64,000 nt of DNA from an uncultured virus (IMG/VR IMGVR_UViG_3300009159_007116) (taxonomy: Duplodnaviria; Heunggongvirae; Uroviricota; Caudoviricetes): positions 1 through 64,000 of the IMG/VR virus record IMGVR_UViG_3300009159_007116. One strand, written 5' to 3'. A program made the translations under genes and the position numbers. The notes beneath the pieces were generated by a model. The model had not been told where the DNA came from and did not search any database. It saw only the letters and a list, made by a program, of their open reading frames with translations. Positions 62,879-64,000 of this stretch are shown here, piece by piece; within the stretch, counting starts at the first letter, position 1; each line of letters begins with the position of its first letter.

Positions 62879-63544
62879 ATGTTAGATGAAGAAGAGAATG
62901 AAATTCCTCTTAGGACTAGTAGAGATTGGAATGAGTATGTCCTATCTCATTTTGGTCCAGATGAACTAGCTGATGGAAATCCAACAGTAGATGGTTTAAG
63001 AAGAGTTACCGAACTACTTCTTGGGCCAATTATTGATGGAAATGCCAAAGTTGTACAATCACCAACGCCTCAGAATGACAATAGATGTGTTGTTGAATAT
63101 GAAGTTACAGTTCGTATTGGAGAAGAGGTGGTATCGCAACAAAGTGTAGCTGATTGCTATCCTGGCAATTGTGACCACCGATTTGCCGTCTATTCTTCTG
63201 CAATAGCTGAAACTAGGGCTGAAGGTCGAGCATTAAGGAAATTGCTCAAATTACGCAAAGTAATCGCTGCTGAAGAGGCGGGGCTAGTTCCTCTTGAAGA
63301 AACTGGAGTTAATGGTAAGATAACTCCTACGCAGATGAATTTCATAGAAACTCTCTGCCAAAGAAATGATATCAATGTAGCAGCTTATTTGGGTGCAGCA
63401 AAAGATTTTAACTTTAATGGAAAGCTTGAAGAAATTCCATACAAGTCAGCAGTTGCTGTAATATCACATTTGTCTGAAATGCAAAGAAATCAAGCGTCTA
63501 TTAATGTTAAGTTCAAGGGCTATAACTCTAACTGGAGGAAGTAA
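62879..63544 (+). CDS. Rad52/Rad22-like single-strand annealing protein candidate
   Basis: GLRRVTELL...V.YEV...AD...AIAETRAEGRALR; ITPTQ C-domain. Confidence 0.5.
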   Translation: MLDEEENEIPLRTSRDWNEYVLSHFGPDELADGNPTVDGLRRVTELLLGPIIDGNAKVVQSPTPQNDNRCVVEYEVTVRIGEEVVSQQSVADCYPGNCDHRFAVYSSAIAETRAEGRALRKLLKLRKVIAAEEAGLVPLEETGVNGKITPTQMNFIETLCQRNDINVAAYLGAAKDFNFNGKLEEIPYKSAVAVISHLSEMQRNQASINVKFKGYNSNWRK

Positions 63545-63546
63545 TT

Positions 63547-63915
63547 ATGAAGGCTATTATCCCAACAAAGTTTTGCACAATTGAAATTGATTGTGACTCT
63601 GTTAAAGATGTGTTTAGAGAAGTAGGAGGCATCTCCGAAATCTTTAATGAAGAAAAATGTGGGTTGTGTGGCAATACCGCAATTATGCCAAAAACACGAT
63701 CCGTAGAAAAGAACAAGAAAGTCTACGAATATTTTGAGATGGGTTGCACTAACTCAAAGTGTAGGGCAAGGTTGTCTTATGGGCAGCGACAAGATGGTGG
63801 TGGTATTTTCCCAGTACGCAAGCTTGATGCTAATGGCAAGCCTGATCGTGAAGGTGGTGCTTATGGTCCACATAATGGTTGGAGCAAATATCGAGGCGAA
63901 AACAAAGATGAGTGA
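63547..63915 (+). CDS. Zn-binding hypothetical protein
   Basis: CGLC...CTNSKC; RBS GGAGG. Confidence 0.75.
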   Translation: MKAIIPTKFCTIEIDCDSVKDVFREVGGISEIFNEEKCGLCGNTAIMPKTRSVEKNKKVYEYFEMGCTNSKCRARLSYGQRQDGGGIFPVRKLDANGKPDREGGAYGPHNGWSKYRGENKDE

Positions 63916-64000
63916 TATTGGTATTGATGTTAGCTCTTTAAAAACTGAAGAGCTTAAAAAAGAACTCCTTTGGCTAGACGGATATGATACCGAATGGTCA
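63908..64000 (+). CDS. 5' end of hypothetical protein (truncated by window end)
   Basis: MSDIGIDVSSLKTEELKKELLWLDGYDTEWS, open to the window end. Confidence 0.55.
   Translation, partial: MSDIGIDVSSLKTEELKKELLWLDGYDTEWS

Noticed and set aside
1607..63716. Many 60-150 aa antisense or nested ORFs in the track (e.g. 4338-4634, 16476-16805, 27665-28039, 51274-51714)
   Set aside because: They overlap well-supported genes and lack an RBS or motifs; treated as shadows.
1..64000. Genome-wide stop-codon reassignment
   Set aside because: Conserved genes are full length in code 11 and end in TAA, TAG and TGA; only TGA 32297 has specific recoding cues.

Overview
This is a 64-kb, AT-rich, densely coding segment of a large (probably jumbo) tailed-phage genome, mostly on the + strand with frequent TAATG/ATGA gene overlaps. 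I see no tRNA, rRNA or CRISPR array, and no obvious capsid, terminase or tail genes. A Tat-exported DUF1501 gene, a csrA homologue and Cys-rich secreted peptides point to a Planctomycetota host (inference). Bases 1-33 kb are accessory: small ORFs, a GDP-fucose/colitose synthesis and fucosyltransferase cluster, 2OG-Fe(II) oxygenases, a DNA C5-methyltransferase cassette, PduO, Dps-like, peptide deformylase, ThyX and a papain-like peptidase block. Bases 33-52 kb cover nucleotide metabolism and replication: class II RNR, intein-containing RecA, DnaB, DnaG, dNMP kinase, Cas4-like nuclease, a split DnaE with an interposed exonuclease, and SSB. Bases 52-62 kb are a glycosyltransferase block with PhoH, followed by a Rad52-like gene. 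Best leads: (1) an unannotated peptide ending C-F-T-UGA-RRRK with an fdhF-like SECIS hairpin, a candidate phage selenoprotein in a possible protease-based lysis block; (2) a C5-MTase with a nested alternative-frame beta subunit, coupled to a CmoA-like enzyme, suggesting non-standard cytosine modification; (3) a recurrent TGAAY-N16-CGAAYA ECF-like promoter; (4) two structured non-coding leaders; (5) a class-3 intein starting with Glu. All family calls are by-eye motif recognition; no searches were run.
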